From NCBI GenBank assembly GCA_052390515.1, contig JBQTGV010000026.1, positions 15,961 to 79,960 of the forward strand: a DNA stretch of 64,000 nucleotides, read 5' to 3'. The DNA is from Candidatus Eiseniibacteriota bacterium (GTDB lineage: Bacteria > ARS69). Below, piece by piece: positions 30,657 through 40,692 of this stretch. The stretch's first letter is position 1. The number at the start of each line of letters is the position of its first letter. The notes under the pieces were generated by a model. The model was not told where the DNA came from. It was given only the letters and a program-made list of their open reading frames with translations, and did not search any database. Position numbers and translations under genes: made by a program.

Positions 30657-32443
30657 GGCGTGACCTCCTGCCAGAGATAGAGCTTGGAGACCAGCGGCGC
30701 GAACGGAGGCTGCCCCGCGAGCCCCGACAGCGACGCATCGTAGCCGTAGTCCCGGAGCGGCGGACTGTAGGCGGCGTGCTTGGACCAGGCCACCTCGCCG
30801 GGCTGGATTCCGCTGTTGTAGACGTTGTCGGCCATGTCCGCAAACTGCAGGTGCACGATGGAGCCGCGCTTCTGCAGCGTCCGCGAGCTGCCCCAGGACT
30901 CGAGCATCTGGTCGTTGTTGGCCCAGGCGTCGCCGGCCGCCGGATCGTCCGGATTGCCGTCGCCGTCCAGGTCGGCGAAGTTCGCCTCGTGGACTTCGGG
31001 CCGGCCGTCGACCATAGCGGCATTGATCACCGTGGTGCCGTTGGAGGCCTGACGTCCGCTGGTGGACCCGTAGGTCTTCGCCGGATCGTCGGACCACGCG
31101 TCGGAGAGGTGCCAGATCCGCCCCGAGGAGATGATGGCCGCCGCGCGCTTGTTGACGTTGTTGAAGTTGCCCTTGGTGTACACCTCGTGGTTGGCCACGA
31201 TGGTGAGGTCGCCGCCCAGCTCGTTGGCGTTCACCAGCCGCACGGGCACGTCGGAGTAGAGCAGCCCGTTCGCCGGCCAGTTGCCGCTGTCGTGCAGCTT
31301 CTGCACGTCGATCTCCTGCACGGTGACGACCTGGTCGAGTGACTGGTTGTAGAACGACTTCTCCGTGACGGCGTCGCCCAGCCAGGCGGAGACGTTGTTG
31401 CCCGACGCGTCGAGCTGCACGTCACCGCTGCGGATGCGGATGCCGGCGTTGGCGTCGTAATAGCCACCAACCTGCATGGTCTCGATGGGCGGCGGATCCA
31501 CGTGCGTCGCGCCGAGCGAACCGTCACGGACGATCCCGCCCCACAGCTCGAGCGCGCCGTCGATGCCGTCCGACGGGATGTCGTTGGTCCAGTCCGGGTT
31601 GTCCGAGTCCATGGCCGTGCCCGGCGCGCCGCCGGCCATGTCCACGTAGTTGCCGCTCGGATCCATGATCCGGACCGTGTTGCCCGAGAACATGTCCCGG
31701 CCCCAGGCGTCGGTCGTGCGGATCATCCGGCCGGTCGCGGTGATGGCCGGCGAGTCGATGGTCAGGGTCGTGCCGGACGGCCGGAAGAACATATCGCCGT
31801 TGGCGTGGATCTTCCCTTGCACGTGCTGGTTCACGCCGCGCACGAACTCCGAGAGCATGCCGTCGGAGAAGAGCGCGTAGGAGAACGCCGGCTCGGTGTA
31901 TCCCTGGACCTGCAACCGGCGACGGAACTGTCCGACCTGCCCGATCACGTCGAGCAGGTACTCGTCCTCGTCCGCAGCCATGGAGGCCGGCCGCAGCGAG
32001 AAGCGGAACTCCTCGGGCAGACCGCTGCCGGTCAGGCTCTGGCCGGGATCGCCAGGGTTCCACTCCCACACGAACCACCCGTCGTTCAGCTCGTTCTGGA
32101 GTCCGTTGTTGCTCCCGTCGTCCCGGACCAGGCTCGTCCCGAACATCTGCGGCGCCAGCAGTCCGTTGGTCGCGATGGTGCCGTCGCCGTTGTGCGTCCT
32201 GCCGCGGAAGTTCGACGCCGCGAACTCGCGATACGCGGTGTGCGCGCCCGACTCGGCGACGTACAGAGCCTGGGCGGCGAGACCCTGATTCGTGGCGATC
32301 CGTCCCTCGGTGTTGCTCAGGATGAGGAACGTTCCACCGACCAGGGACAGCACGGTCAGCAGGAGAAGGGAGATCAGCAGCACCGATCCCCTCTCATCGA
32401 TGGGGCGGTTGCGCTCGAGCCATTCACGATTCATGGCGGTCAC
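30653..32443 (-). CDS. PilX-like type IV pilus assembly/minor pilin protein (large, 596 aa)
   Basis: N-terminus ERGSVLLISLLLLTVLSLVGGTFLILSNTEGRIATNQGLAAQALYVAESG matches the PilX_N pattern. Last gene of the minor-pilin operon. Confidence 0.5.
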   Translation of the reverse strand: MTAMNREWLERNRPIDERGSVLLISLLLLTVLSLVGGTFLILSNTEGRIATNQGLAAQALYVAESGAHTAYREFAASNFRGRTHNGDGTIATNGLLAPQMFGTSLVRDDGSNNGLQNELNDGWFVWEWNPGDPGQSLTGSGLPEEFRFSLRPASMAADEDEYLLDVIGQVGQFRRRLQVQGYTEPAFSYALFSDGMLSEFVRGVNQHVQGKIHANGDMFFRPSGTTLTIDSPAITATGRMIRTTDAWGRDMFSGNTVRIMDPSGNYVDMAGGAPGTAMDSDNPDWTNDIPSDGIDGALELWGGIVRDGSLGATHVDPPPIETMQVGGYYDANAGIRIRSGDVQLDASGNNVSAWLGDAVTEKSFYNQSLDQVVTVQEIDVQKLHDSGNWPANGLLYSDVPVRLVNANELGGDLTIVANHEVYTKGNFNNVNKRAAAIISSGRIWHLSDAWSDDPAKTYGSTSGRQASNGTTVINAAMVDGRPEVHEANFADLDGDGNPDDPAAGDAWANNDQMLESWGSSRTLQKRGSIVHLQFADMADNVYNSGIQPGEVAWSKHAAYSPPLRDYGYDASLSGLAGQPPFAPLVSKLYLWQEVTP

Positions 32444-32449
32444 TCCCTC

Positions 32450-35407
32450 CTATTGGCACGTCACGAAGATGACGTAGTTCGTTCCGACCCCGCCGCCCCA
32501 CCCGCTCGCCTGATTGCCCGAGAAGGTGAGGTTTCCGGCGCCGACGTTCCGCTTCCACAATCCGAGCGTCGAGGTACCCGGGTCGGTCACGCCGATCGTC
32601 AGACCGGTGGCCGTGTAGTTGTTCTTGATCCAGTTGGGCGGCGTGCCGCGCGGGTCGTACGCGATCCACACCGTCACCGCGCGATCGAACGACAGCACGT
32701 GGCTGTGGGATCCGCCCTTGTTCTTGTCCGCGTTCGGGGTCCTGGCCAGGATCGAGTCCAGGATCTCGTTCGGCAGGTACGTGAGCGTGTACGTGCGATC
32801 GGTGTAGTACTGGATGCCGGGCGTCGGGACGCCGTAGATGTCGTACGGCGCGGTACTGTTCTCGCTCACCAGCGTGACGACCGGGAAGCACTTCGGCATC
32901 GGAATCGACTGCGGTCCGCAGACCGCGACGGGCCAGCCGAAGAACGTGACGTTGTATGCGGCCGACGCCACCTGGCTCCCGCCGGGCGCACCGCCGCTGA
33001 CGGTCCAGAACGACAGGGACAGCAGCACGTCGCTGTCCTGCGGAATGTCGACGCTGGTGCTCAGCGTCAGGCTGTCGCCCGACGCGGCGCCGGGGAACCC
33101 GCTCGCCGTCCACAACGTGCTCCCGTCCACGGACACGCCGAGCAAGGTGAGCGCGGAGTCGTCCCAGGTGAGGGAGAGGGCGTCGAGCTTGTAGTTGCTG
33201 CTCAGGCTCTGGTTCGTGACGGTGACGTTCAGCACCTCGCCGTACGACCCGCTGGTGTAGGCCTCGACGCTGTCCCGGAAGCCCAGGCAGGCGGCGCCGA
33301 GTCCGGTGTTGTCGACGAACACGCTCAGCGTGTCGCCGGCCAGGCAGCCGTTGCTGTCGGTCACGCGCGAGATGAGCTGGTGCGCGCCGTCGGACTCCAG
33401 TGTCGTGTCCCAGCCGGAGCCGAAGTCGCCGAACTCGTACGGGTCGGTGTAGTCCACGTACGCCGTCGCGCCGTCGATCTGGAACTCGACGTGGGCGACG
33501 GACGCGGTCGAGCACGCCGTCGCCGACACGTGCCAGGACACGATGCCCTGCAGCACGGCGACGTTCGACGGCGAGACGGTGTTGATCGTCGGCGCGCAGG
33601 CGCAGCCCCACGAGGGCGTGGCCGAGATGGAGGCCGCCGCGGCGCTCTCGTTGCCGCACACGTCGTACGACGTGACGGTGAAGTAGTAGGGCGTCCCGGA
33701 GATGAGCCCGGTCACGGTGTGGAACACGGTGTTGCCCACGTTCAGCGAGTTGCTGTACGAGGTGGGCGCCGTCCCCCAGTAGACCTTGTAGCCGAGGACG
33801 TCGCCCTGGCCGGCCACGGTCCAGGACAGCTGCACCTGATCGCCGACGCCGAGGTCCCGCGCGGTCAGGTTCGCCGGCGTCTCCGGCGGGGTCGTGTTCG
33901 TGGCGCAGTTCTGCGGGGTGGAGGAGAGCAGGCTGGAGTACCCGCCCACATGGCCGCAGCCGTCCACCGCCGCGACCTGCAGCTCGTAGGTCGTGCCGTT
34001 GGTCAACCCGTAGAGGCTGTACGCCGTCACGTTGCCCACGTTGAGCGTCATGCCGCTCGTCGAGCCGTTCTCCTGGAAGTAGATCTGGTAGCCGATCACG
34101 TCCGGGTCGACGACCGGCGCCCAGGTCATCTGCACGAACTCGTCACCCGGCGTGGCGGCCACGCCGGCGGGCACGGCCGGGAACGTCACGTCGTTCGTGC
34201 ACGCCACCATCTGGATGGTGAACGGGGTGGACGGGCCGCTCTGGTTGCCGCAGCCGTCCCTCGCCGCCACCGTGAAGGTGTGCAGCGCGTCCTGGACGAG
34301 CCCGCCCACGACGATGTTGAGCGCCTGCGTGGAGTCGGTCCGGATGTTCGACGGGTTGGTGTCGTCGAAGTAGCGAACGACGTACCAGGCCACGTCCCAC
34401 GCCGGGACCGCATTCCACTCGAGCTGGATCTCCGCGTTACCCACCACGCGGCCCGTGACACCGGTCGGCGCCACCGGCGCGACCGAGTCCGAGGGGATAC
34501 CGCTCACTTCGGAGGCGAAGGCGCTCGAGTTGTCCGCGGCGTCCACCGCCTGCAGGTTGAAGTAGTACGTGCTGGTCAGCGAGAGACCGGTCAGGGTGTA
34601 CGTCGTGGCGTTGCCCACGAAGATGGGCGAGGGACCCTGGAACGCGTCGGTGCCGCCGTACGGCGGACCTCCGCTGCCGAGACTGTACGACAGCAAGTAG
34701 CCGGCGATGTCCGTCTCGGAGTTCGCGGCCCACTGCAGCGTGGCCGTCCCGCAGCCCATGGTCGCCGCGAGACCCGTGGGAGCGGCCGGCGGCGTCACGT
34801 CTCCGCCCGTCGGCACGCTCTTGCCCAGGTTCCGGCACTTCACGCGCGTGGAGACGCCCACCTGGCGGACCGCGTGGCTCTGCGCACCGGTCTGCTCCCG
34901 CATGCCGGAGCCGCTCGCGAAGATGAACACCTCGACCTCGCGGACCGAAGCCCGCGACGCGGTGACCGCGCCCGCCCCGTCACGATAGACGAAGGCCAGC
35001 GAGTCGATGCCCACGGCGATCTCGTCGATGTACACGCCGATCGTCCCGTCGTCGTTAGGGTTGCGGATCAGCAGCAGCTCGTTGGTCTCGCCGTCCCCGT
35101 CACGGTCGGTGCGGTCCAGCCGGAACGTCCGGGACTGGTTACGCACGTTCTCGTCGGAGAGGACCGCGACCTCGTTGTTGTTGATGAGGCTGAATCCCTT
35201 CGTCGCGCGGAGCTCCTTGCTCAGCCAGGTGAGCGCGGCGCGTGCGTTCTGCTGCCCGTCGATGTTCTCGGTTCCACGCTCGTAGGTCCGGGACGTCGAG
35301 GTGAAGACGCGGAAGACGCCGAACATCACGATCGCGGCGATGACCACGGTGACGAGCATCTCCACCAGCGTGAAACCCCGATCCCGGGCGAGTTGTCGGT
35401 GCGTCAT
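32450..35407 (-). CDS. Giant PilW-like minor pilin: prepilin-type N-terminal methylation domain followed by multiple fibronectin-III-like/Ig-like domains (985 aa)
   Basis: Leader MTHRQLARDRG|FTLVEMLVTVVIAAIV (class III signal, Glu+5). Five or more FN3-like repeats (TPPAAPTGL..., VAPVAPTGV..., TFPAVPAGV..., TPPETPANL...) with paired Cys. Confidence 0.6.
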   Translation of the reverse strand: MTHRQLARDRGFTLVEMLVTVVIAAIVMFGVFRVFTSTSRTYERGTENIDGQQNARAALTWLSKELRATKGFSLINNNEVAVLSDENVRNQSRTFRLDRTDRDGDGETNELLLIRNPNDDGTIGVYIDEIAVGIDSLAFVYRDGAGAVTASRASVREVEVFIFASGSGMREQTGAQSHAVRQVGVSTRVKCRNLGKSVPTGGDVTPPAAPTGLAATMGCGTATLQWAANSETDIAGYLLSYSLGSGGPPYGGTDAFQGPSPIFVGNATTYTLTGLSLTSTYYFNLQAVDAADNSSAFASEVSGIPSDSVAPVAPTGVTGRVVGNAEIQLEWNAVPAWDVAWYVVRYFDDTNPSNIRTDSTQALNIVVGGLVQDALHTFTVAARDGCGNQSGPSTPFTIQMVACTNDVTFPAVPAGVAATPGDEFVQMTWAPVVDPDVIGYQIYFQENGSTSGMTLNVGNVTAYSLYGLTNGTTYELQVAAVDGCGHVGGYSSLLSSTPQNCATNTTPPETPANLTARDLGVGDQVQLSWTVAGQGDVLGYKVYWGTAPTSYSNSLNVGNTVFHTVTGLISGTPYYFTVTSYDVCGNESAAAASISATPSWGCACAPTINTVSPSNVAVLQGIVSWHVSATACSTASVAHVEFQIDGATAYVDYTDPYEFGDFGSGWDTTLESDGAHQLISRVTDSNGCLAGDTLSVFVDNTGLGAACLGFRDSVEAYTSGSYGEVLNVTVTNQSLSSNYKLDALSLTWDDSALTLLGVSVDGSTLWTASGFPGAASGDSLTLSTSVDIPQDSDVLLSLSFWTVSGGAPGGSQVASAAYNVTFFGWPVAVCGPQSIPMPKCFPVVTLVSENSTAPYDIYGVPTPGIQYYTDRTYTLTYLPNEILDSILARTPNADKNKGGSHSHVLSFDRAVTVWIAYDPRGTPPNWIKNNYTATGLTIGVTDPGTSTLGLWKRNVGAGNLTFSGNQASGWGGGVGTNYVIFVTCQ

Positions 35408-35422
35408 GGCGTCGCTCCTTTG

Positions 35423-35845
35423 TCACATTCCGGAATCGGAAAGGAAGGAAGACAGGGTCACGGTCCGCGGGCCTCGCTCGTCGCGCCACGTGACCGTCAC
35501 TTGCACTTGCTTCATGCCCAGCACGGGGGCGTTCTCCTGGATCGTCCAGTTCCTGGCGAAGACCGCCTGCACGGTGTCGGCGGCGGCGACGTTGACGAGC
35601 TGCACCCAGGGAAAGCGCTTGAGCTCCTCGATCTTCGACTGCGCGTGGAACGTGGCCCGGGACTCGAGGTCACCCACCGAGGCCTTGTGAATGGCGAGGG
35701 GGAACAGGCCGGCGATGGACAGGAGGCCGACCCCCAACACCGTGATCGCGATCATCATCTCCACCAGGGAGAACCCGGCCTGCCCGTCGGGGCGGCGCCG
35801 CCGGTGCAGCGTCCTGGCGATTGCGTCGGCTCTCATCGGAATCAC
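35423..35845 (-). CDS. PilV-like type IV minor pilin
   Basis: Prepilin N-terminus AG|FSLVEMMIAITVLGVGLLSIAGL. 140 aa. Position in operon between FimT-like and PilW-like genes. Long predicted leader, so start uncertain. Confidence 0.55.
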   Translation of the reverse strand: MIPMRADAIARTLHRRRRPDGQAGFSLVEMMIAITVLGVGLLSIAGLFPLAIHKASVGDLESRATFHAQSKIEELKRFPWVQLVNVAAADTVQAVFARNWTIQENAPVLGMKQVQVTVTWRDERGPRTVTLSSFLSDSGM

Positions 35846-35846
35846 C

Positions 35847-36317
35847 TCACGGGCTCGTGACCGTCACCTTGCCGGTGGAAGCGAGGACGTTGATCGTCCG
35901 CGAGTTCTGGCCGTTCCCGATCTGAACGGTGCCCGTCGCGTTCGCCGTCCCGTCCGCCTGAAGGGTGACGCGGTTGGATGCGAAGAAAGAGGCGCTGAGC
36001 AGCTGGACGCCGTCGGCGACGGGGAAGAGGGTCCGCACGTCCTGCGGTCCCATCAAACCGTCGTTCCCCTCGTCGTCCCAGATCTGGTAGTCGTTGGAGG
36101 CGAGCCGGAACGTCACGATGTAGTCGTTGCCTTCGGCGACGGAGCGCTCCCGCGCGAGGCGCAGGTGCGTCGTGATCTGGTTGGTCGCCGAGGTCAGTCG
36201 GTGCTGGAGGAGCACGCTCTGCAAACGACCCCAGGACGCGGCAAGGAGCAGCGAAAGGATGCCGATCGTCACCAGGAGTTCCGGGAGAGTGAAGCCACGT
36301 TCACGCTGGAGGTGCAT
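35847..36317 (-). CDS. FimT/FimU/GspH-like pseudopilin (type IV minor pilin)
   Basis: Leader MHLQRERG|FTLPELLVTIGILSLLLA plus GspH-like block LRLARERSVAEG. 156 aa. Confidence 0.6.
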   Translation of the reverse strand: MHLQRERGFTLPELLVTIGILSLLLAASWGRLQSVLLQHRLTSATNQITTHLRLARERSVAEGNDYIVTFRLASNDYQIWDDEGNDGLMGPQDVRTLFPVADGVQLLSASFFASNRVTLQADGTANATGTVQIGNGQNSRTINVLASTGKVTVTSP

Positions 36318-36423
36318 GATTCGCCCGCCTTTCTGGGGAGAGGACAGAGCGAGTCCCGTGCCAGCGGTGGCGGCGGTGGATGACGTGTCGGCCTCGGCAG
36401 GACTGGGAGACGGAGGGCATCGC

Positions 36424-37971
36424 TTGGAGACTCCGACGAGCGACGCCGCGGACCGGCCGGCGGCATTACCGCGACGTAATGGTGGGCGTTACCGGCGCTT
36501 CCTCGGCGAGCACTCGCGCCCGCGCGAGGTCGTGCTCGTCCTCCTGCTGCTCTTGCTCACGTATGCCAACTTCTTCCAGGCGGCGACCTGGGGCTCGGCC
36601 ACCCGCTTCGACCTGGCGCGCTCTCTCGTGGAACGGGGCTCGGTGCGCATCGACGAGTACCACGGGAACACGGGCGACAAGGCGATGGTCGACGGCGGCT
36701 ACTACTCCGACAAGGCGCCGCTGCCGTCTCTGCTCGGGGCCGCCGGCGTGGCCGGCGCGCATGCGCTCCGCTCCGTCACCGGACGCCCCGTTTCCGACGC
36801 GGTCTGGCTCACGCTCGCGGGGGGGCTCGCCGCGCTCGCCGCCAGCGGTCTGGTCACCGCGCTCGGGGGCGTCGCGTTCCACCTCGCGTTGCGGGACCGC
36901 GGCCTGTCATTCCGGCGGGCCTGGTCAGCGACTTTCTTGGTATTCCTGGGCACGACGCTGCTTCCTTACGCAACGTTGCTGCAGGGTCATGCGCCCGCGG
37001 CAGCCTGGCTCTTCCTCTTCTTCCATGTCGCGTTCCCGGCGCGTGCCACACCCGGCCCGGGACGCTGCGCGGTAGCCGGGGCCATCGCGTCGGCGGCCTT
37101 CGCCACCGAGTACCTCACTCCTCCTCCGCTCGCCGTTCTTGCCGGCATCTCCTTGTTGAGCCGACCGGGCGGCCGCCTCGCGCGAGCCGCAGCCTTCGCC
37201 CTGGGCGCGCTTCCCGGTCTCCTGCTGCTCGGGACGTACCATCAGGCCGCGTTCGGCAGCCCGCTCGACGTGGGGTACCGTCACGAAGTGTTGCCCGTGT
37301 TCCAGGAGTCGATGGGGACCGGGCTCCTCGGCGTCCGCGCACCGGCTCCGCGCGTCGCGGCGGAGCTGCTCTTCGGTCCGTACCGCGGCCTCTTCTTCGC
37401 CTCGCCGGTGCTGCTGCTCGCGGTGTCGGGGCTGGCGCGCCTGCTGCGGGACCGGGAGCGACGCGCGGAAGCGGCGGCGGCCGTTCTGATCTTCGTGTAC
37501 TACCTCGTCGTGAACGCCGGCTACTCCACCTGGCATGGCGGCTGGGCCGTCGGGCCGCGACATCTCGTCCCCGCGATCCCCTTCCTCGGTCTCGGCGTCG
37601 CCGCGGAGCTCGGCCGCCGGCGCGGCGCTTTCGTACTCGGAGCAGTGTCCGTGGTGCTCATGCTTGCCGCGACGTCCGTGCAGCCCGAGGTGCCGGAGGA
37701 CATCCGCAATCCGTGGTCGGAGCACATCCTGCCGCGCTTCGCGCGCGGCGAGCTCTCCGTGGGCGAGCAGGGATTCGACGAGCCCTACCCCGCGCGTAAG
37801 GACCCGGCCGTGCCCGACCGCTGGGATGCGTTCGTCGCCGGTGAGGCGATCGGACTTCACGGTCACCTCGCGCTGCTGCCGGTGGTGACCGTCTGGCTGC
37901 TCTTCTCCCCGTGGATGGCGTCGCGGATCGGGTATCTTCGCGAGGACTCCTCGAGGACGAGGGTGCCGTGA
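36424..37971 (+). CDS. Polytopic membrane protein, GT-C fold glycosyltransferase (ArnT/PMT_2-like)
   Basis: First-loop DE motif (RIDEYHG) followed by YYSDKAPLPSLLG resembling the ArnT/PMT '..eKPPL..w' signature. Ten or more hydrophobic segments. Start uncertain: TTG 36424 or GTG 36532, since the listed ORF N-terminus overlaps the divergent pilin gene. Stop overlaps the priA GTG start. Confidence 0.45.
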   Translation: METPTSDAADRPAALPRRNGGRYRRFLGEHSRPREVVLVLLLLLLTYANFFQAATWGSATRFDLARSLVERGSVRIDEYHGNTGDKAMVDGGYYSDKAPLPSLLGAAGVAGAHALRSVTGRPVSDAVWLTLAGGLAALAASGLVTALGGVAFHLALRDRGLSFRRAWSATFLVFLGTTLLPYATLLQGHAPAAAWLFLFFHVAFPARATPGPGRCAVAGAIASAAFATEYLTPPPLAVLAGISLLSRPGGRLARAAAFALGALPGLLLLGTYHQAAFGSPLDVGYRHEVLPVFQESMGTGLLGVRAPAPRVAAELLFGPYRGLFFASPVLLLAVSGLARLLRDRERRAEAAAAVLIFVYYLVVNAGYSTWHGGWAVGPRHLVPAIPFLGLGVAAELGRRRGAFVLGAVSVVLMLAATSVQPEVPEDIRNPWSEHILPRFARGELSVGEQGFDEPYPARKDPAVPDRWDAFVAGEAIGLHGHLALLPVVTVWLLFSPWMASRIGYLREDSSRTRVP

Positions 37972-40493
37972 CCACGTTGGTATCTCCGCTTCCGGTTCGC
38001 GCCGGCCGCGGCGATCGGCCCGCGCCGATCGTCGCCGACGTGGCCCTGCCGGTGCCGATCCGCCGGACGTTCGCGTACCGCGTGCCCGCCGAGCTCGCCG
38101 GAACGCTCCGGGTCGGCTGCCGCGTGAACGTGTCGTTCGGTTCGCGCGCGGTCACCGGCTTCGTCGTCGGGTTCGATCCGTCCGACGCTCCGGAGCGGCT
38201 GAAGTCCGTCCGCTCGATCGTCGACGAGGAGCCGCTGGTCGACGAACAGCTGCTCCGGCTGACCCGCTGGATCGCGGACCGGACGCTGTGCTCGTGGGGC
38301 GAAGCACTTCGCGCGGCGCTCCCCGGTCACGGCACTCCCCGCCGGGAACGCGTGCTGTCTCTGGGCGAACCGAAGGCGGCGGATCTGTTCGGCGCGGGCA
38401 CGTCGCTCGAGGACCGCATCCTCACCGCGGTGGCGGAGGCCGAGCAGCTCCCGCTGGCGGCGCTTGGCAAGGCCCTCGGCGCGCGCCCGGCGGACCTCCG
38501 CGAGGAAGTGGAGCGGCTCGTGCGCCGGGGAGAGCTGCGCCGCGCCGAGCGCGTGACCGGAGCGGCCCCGACGGCGTCGCCGCGCATCAAGGTGGTCCGG
38601 CTGGCGGGCGCGGAGCCGCCGGGGTCGGAGCCGGCAAGACCAGCGCCCGAGGGGGCGGAGGCAGCGGGATCGGCACCCGCGGCGGAACGCGCGCCGGTCC
38701 AGAGCCGGGTCCTCGAGCTGCTGCGTGCCGCGGCCGGCGTGCTGCCGTTGCGGGATCTCGCGGAATCGATGGCCGGGTCACGCGGCGCGGTGAAGCGGCT
38801 CGCCGAGAAGGGGCTCGTCGAGGTGACCCAGGAGGCGTGGGAGGGGCGCGCTCCGGAGGAAGTGCAGCACGCGCCCTATCCCGAACCGGAACTCACCTCG
38901 GCGCAGGAGGCGGCGGCGCGCGCCGTCATCGAGGGTCTCCGCTCCGGTCGGGCCGCCACGTTCCTCCTGCACGGCGTGACCGGGAGCGGCAAGACCGAGG
39001 TCTACCTCCGCGCCATGGCCGAGGCACGCCGTCTCGGCCGCCAGTCCATCTTCCTCGTCCCGGAGATCTCGCTCACGCCGCAAACCGTGTCCAGGCTGCG
39101 CGGCCGTTTCGGCGGACGCGCCGCGGTGGTGCACTCGCGGCTGCAGGACTCCGAGCGCCGGCGGATCTGGCAGGGCGCCCGTCGCGGCGACTACGACGTC
39201 GTGCTCGGTCCGCGGTCGGCGGTCTTCGCCCCGCTCCCGGATCCGGGGCTCATCGTCATCGACGAGGAGCACGACGGCGCCTACAAGCAGGAGGACGCGC
39301 CGCGCTACCAGGCGCGGGACGTCGCCATCGAGAGAGCCCGGCTGGCGAACGGCGTCGTCGTGCTGGGCTCGGCCACTCCGGACCTGGAGACGTACGAGCG
39401 CGCGTCGTCCGGCGAGATGACGCTGCTTCGCCTTCCGGAACGCGTGTCCGACCTGCCGCTTCCCGAGGTTCGCCTCGTCGACCTCCGCGGCACGAAGGGC
39501 ATCTTCTCGCAGGAGCTGCTCGGCGCGGTGGCCGATCGCCTGACCCGGCGCGAGCAAATCATCCTCTTCCTGAACCGCCGCGGGTTCAGTCCCTTCGTGC
39601 AGTGCTCGGGGTGCGGCGCGGCCGTCCGCTGCGGGCAGTGCGCCGTCACCCTCACCTTTCACAAGGCGGAGCGCGCTCTGCGCTGCCACTACTGCGATCA
39701 CGCGCGTGCCGTGCCCGAAGAGTGCTCGGAGTGCGGGGCGAAGGCGCTCACGTTCCGCGGCGCCGGCACCCAGCGCATCGAGGAGGAGCTTGCGGAGCGC
39801 TTTCCACAGGCGCGGATCGCGCGGCTGGACTCGGACGCAGCGCGCTCGCCAGGGGCGCACGAGCGCGTCCTGGGCGGCTTCCTCGAGGGCGAGATCGACG
39901 TGCTGCTCGGCACGCAGATGGTGGCGAAGGGGCTCGACTTCCCCCGCGTGACGCTCGTCGGGGTGATCAACGCGGACACCGGCCTGCACCTTCCCGACTA
40001 CCGCTCCGGGGAGCGCACGTTCCAGCTGCTGACGCAGGTGGCCGGCCGCGCGGGGCGAAGCGCGCTCGGCGGATCGGTGCTCATCCAGACGCGCTGTCCG
40101 GACCATCCCTGTCTCGTCGCGGCGCGGGATCACGACGACGCCGCGTTCCGCGCCCGGGAGATGGCGGAGCGGCGCGAGCAGCGCTATCCGCCCTTCGCCC
40201 GCCTGGCCTCGGTGCTCGTACGCGGGGCGGATCCGACGCGCACCGAGCAGGTGGCCGAGGCGGTCCGCGCACGGGTCGCGGAGCGGATCGGCGGGAGCGG
40301 CGGCTGGGTGGTCGTGCTGGGGCCGGTTCCCGCTCCGCTCGCGCAGCTGCGCGGCAAGTTCCGCTTCCGGCTCCTCATCAAGGGAGAGCGGCGGGAGGAC
40401 GTCCGGGAGGCAGCCGCCGTGGCGCTCGAGGCCGCTCCGCGGAAGAGCGGGGTCGAGGTCGTGGTCGATCCCGACCCGCTGGACATGCTGTGA
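37968..40493 (+). CDS. priA: Primosomal protein N' (replication restart helicase)
   Basis: Walker A GVTGSGKT, DEAH-like LIVIDEEHD, Cys4 zinc-binding region (CSGCGAAVRCGQC...CHYCDH...CSECG), helicase C motifs. GTG start overlapping the upstream stop. GAGGG SD. Confidence 0.85.
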   Translation: MTTLVSPLPVRAGRGDRPAPIVADVALPVPIRRTFAYRVPAELAGTLRVGCRVNVSFGSRAVTGFVVGFDPSDAPERLKSVRSIVDEEPLVDEQLLRLTRWIADRTLCSWGEALRAALPGHGTPRRERVLSLGEPKAADLFGAGTSLEDRILTAVAEAEQLPLAALGKALGARPADLREEVERLVRRGELRRAERVTGAAPTASPRIKVVRLAGAEPPGSEPARPAPEGAEAAGSAPAAERAPVQSRVLELLRAAAGVLPLRDLAESMAGSRGAVKRLAEKGLVEVTQEAWEGRAPEEVQHAPYPEPELTSAQEAAARAVIEGLRSGRAATFLLHGVTGSGKTEVYLRAMAEARRLGRQSIFLVPEISLTPQTVSRLRGRFGGRAAVVHSRLQDSERRRIWQGARRGDYDVVLGPRSAVFAPLPDPGLIVIDEEHDGAYKQEDAPRYQARDVAIERARLANGVVVLGSATPDLETYERASSGEMTLLRLPERVSDLPLPEVRLVDLRGTKGIFSQELLGAVADRLTRREQIILFLNRRGFSPFVQCSGCGAAVRCGQCAVTLTFHKAERALRCHYCDHARAVPEECSECGAKALTFRGAGTQRIEEELAERFPQARIARLDSDAARSPGAHERVLGGFLEGEIDVLLGTQMVAKGLDFPRVTLVGVINADTGLHLPDYRSGERTFQLLTQVAGRAGRSALGGSVLIQTRCPDHPCLVAARDHDDAAFRAREMAERREQRYPPFARLASVLVRGADPTRTEQVAEAVRARVAERIGGSGGWVVVLGPVPAPLAQLRGKFRFRLLIKGERREDVREAAAVALEAAPRKSGVEVVVDPDPLDML

Positions 40494-40575
40494 TGAGCGG
40501 CCGGTGCGCTCGGCGGCTTCGGCACGAGGAACCGCGCGACCCCTGCGGGGTTTGCGCGTCGTATCCCTCCGCTGC

Positions 40576-40605
40576 TTGACGCTTGTCGGGGCCGACGACT
40601 AGAGT
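40576..40605 (+). promoter_or_regulatory. Candidate sigma70-type promoter (TTGACG-N18-TAGAGT) for the downstream TPR gene
   Basis: Hexamers read directly from sequence. About 85 nt upstream of the ATG at 40693. Weak evidence only. Confidence 0.2.
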
Positions 40606-40692
40606 TCTCCGACTTTACCCTGGAGACAGATCGGCGAGGCTCCCGGCCGTCCCGCCGGGGGTACGCCTCGAGGGCGTAGCCCGGAGGAAGCC

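Noticed and set aside
31502-35860. 1452-aa plus-strand ORF across the pilin operon
   Set aside because: Antisense to four minus-strand genes that have clear prepilin N-termini. Low-complexity Arg/Gly/Val composition.
40494-40692. Imperfect hairpin (GGTACGCC-TCGA-GGCGTAGCC) as a priA terminator
   Set aside because: The stem is imperfect and there is no downstream T-run. It cannot be distinguished from chance GC-rich complementarity.
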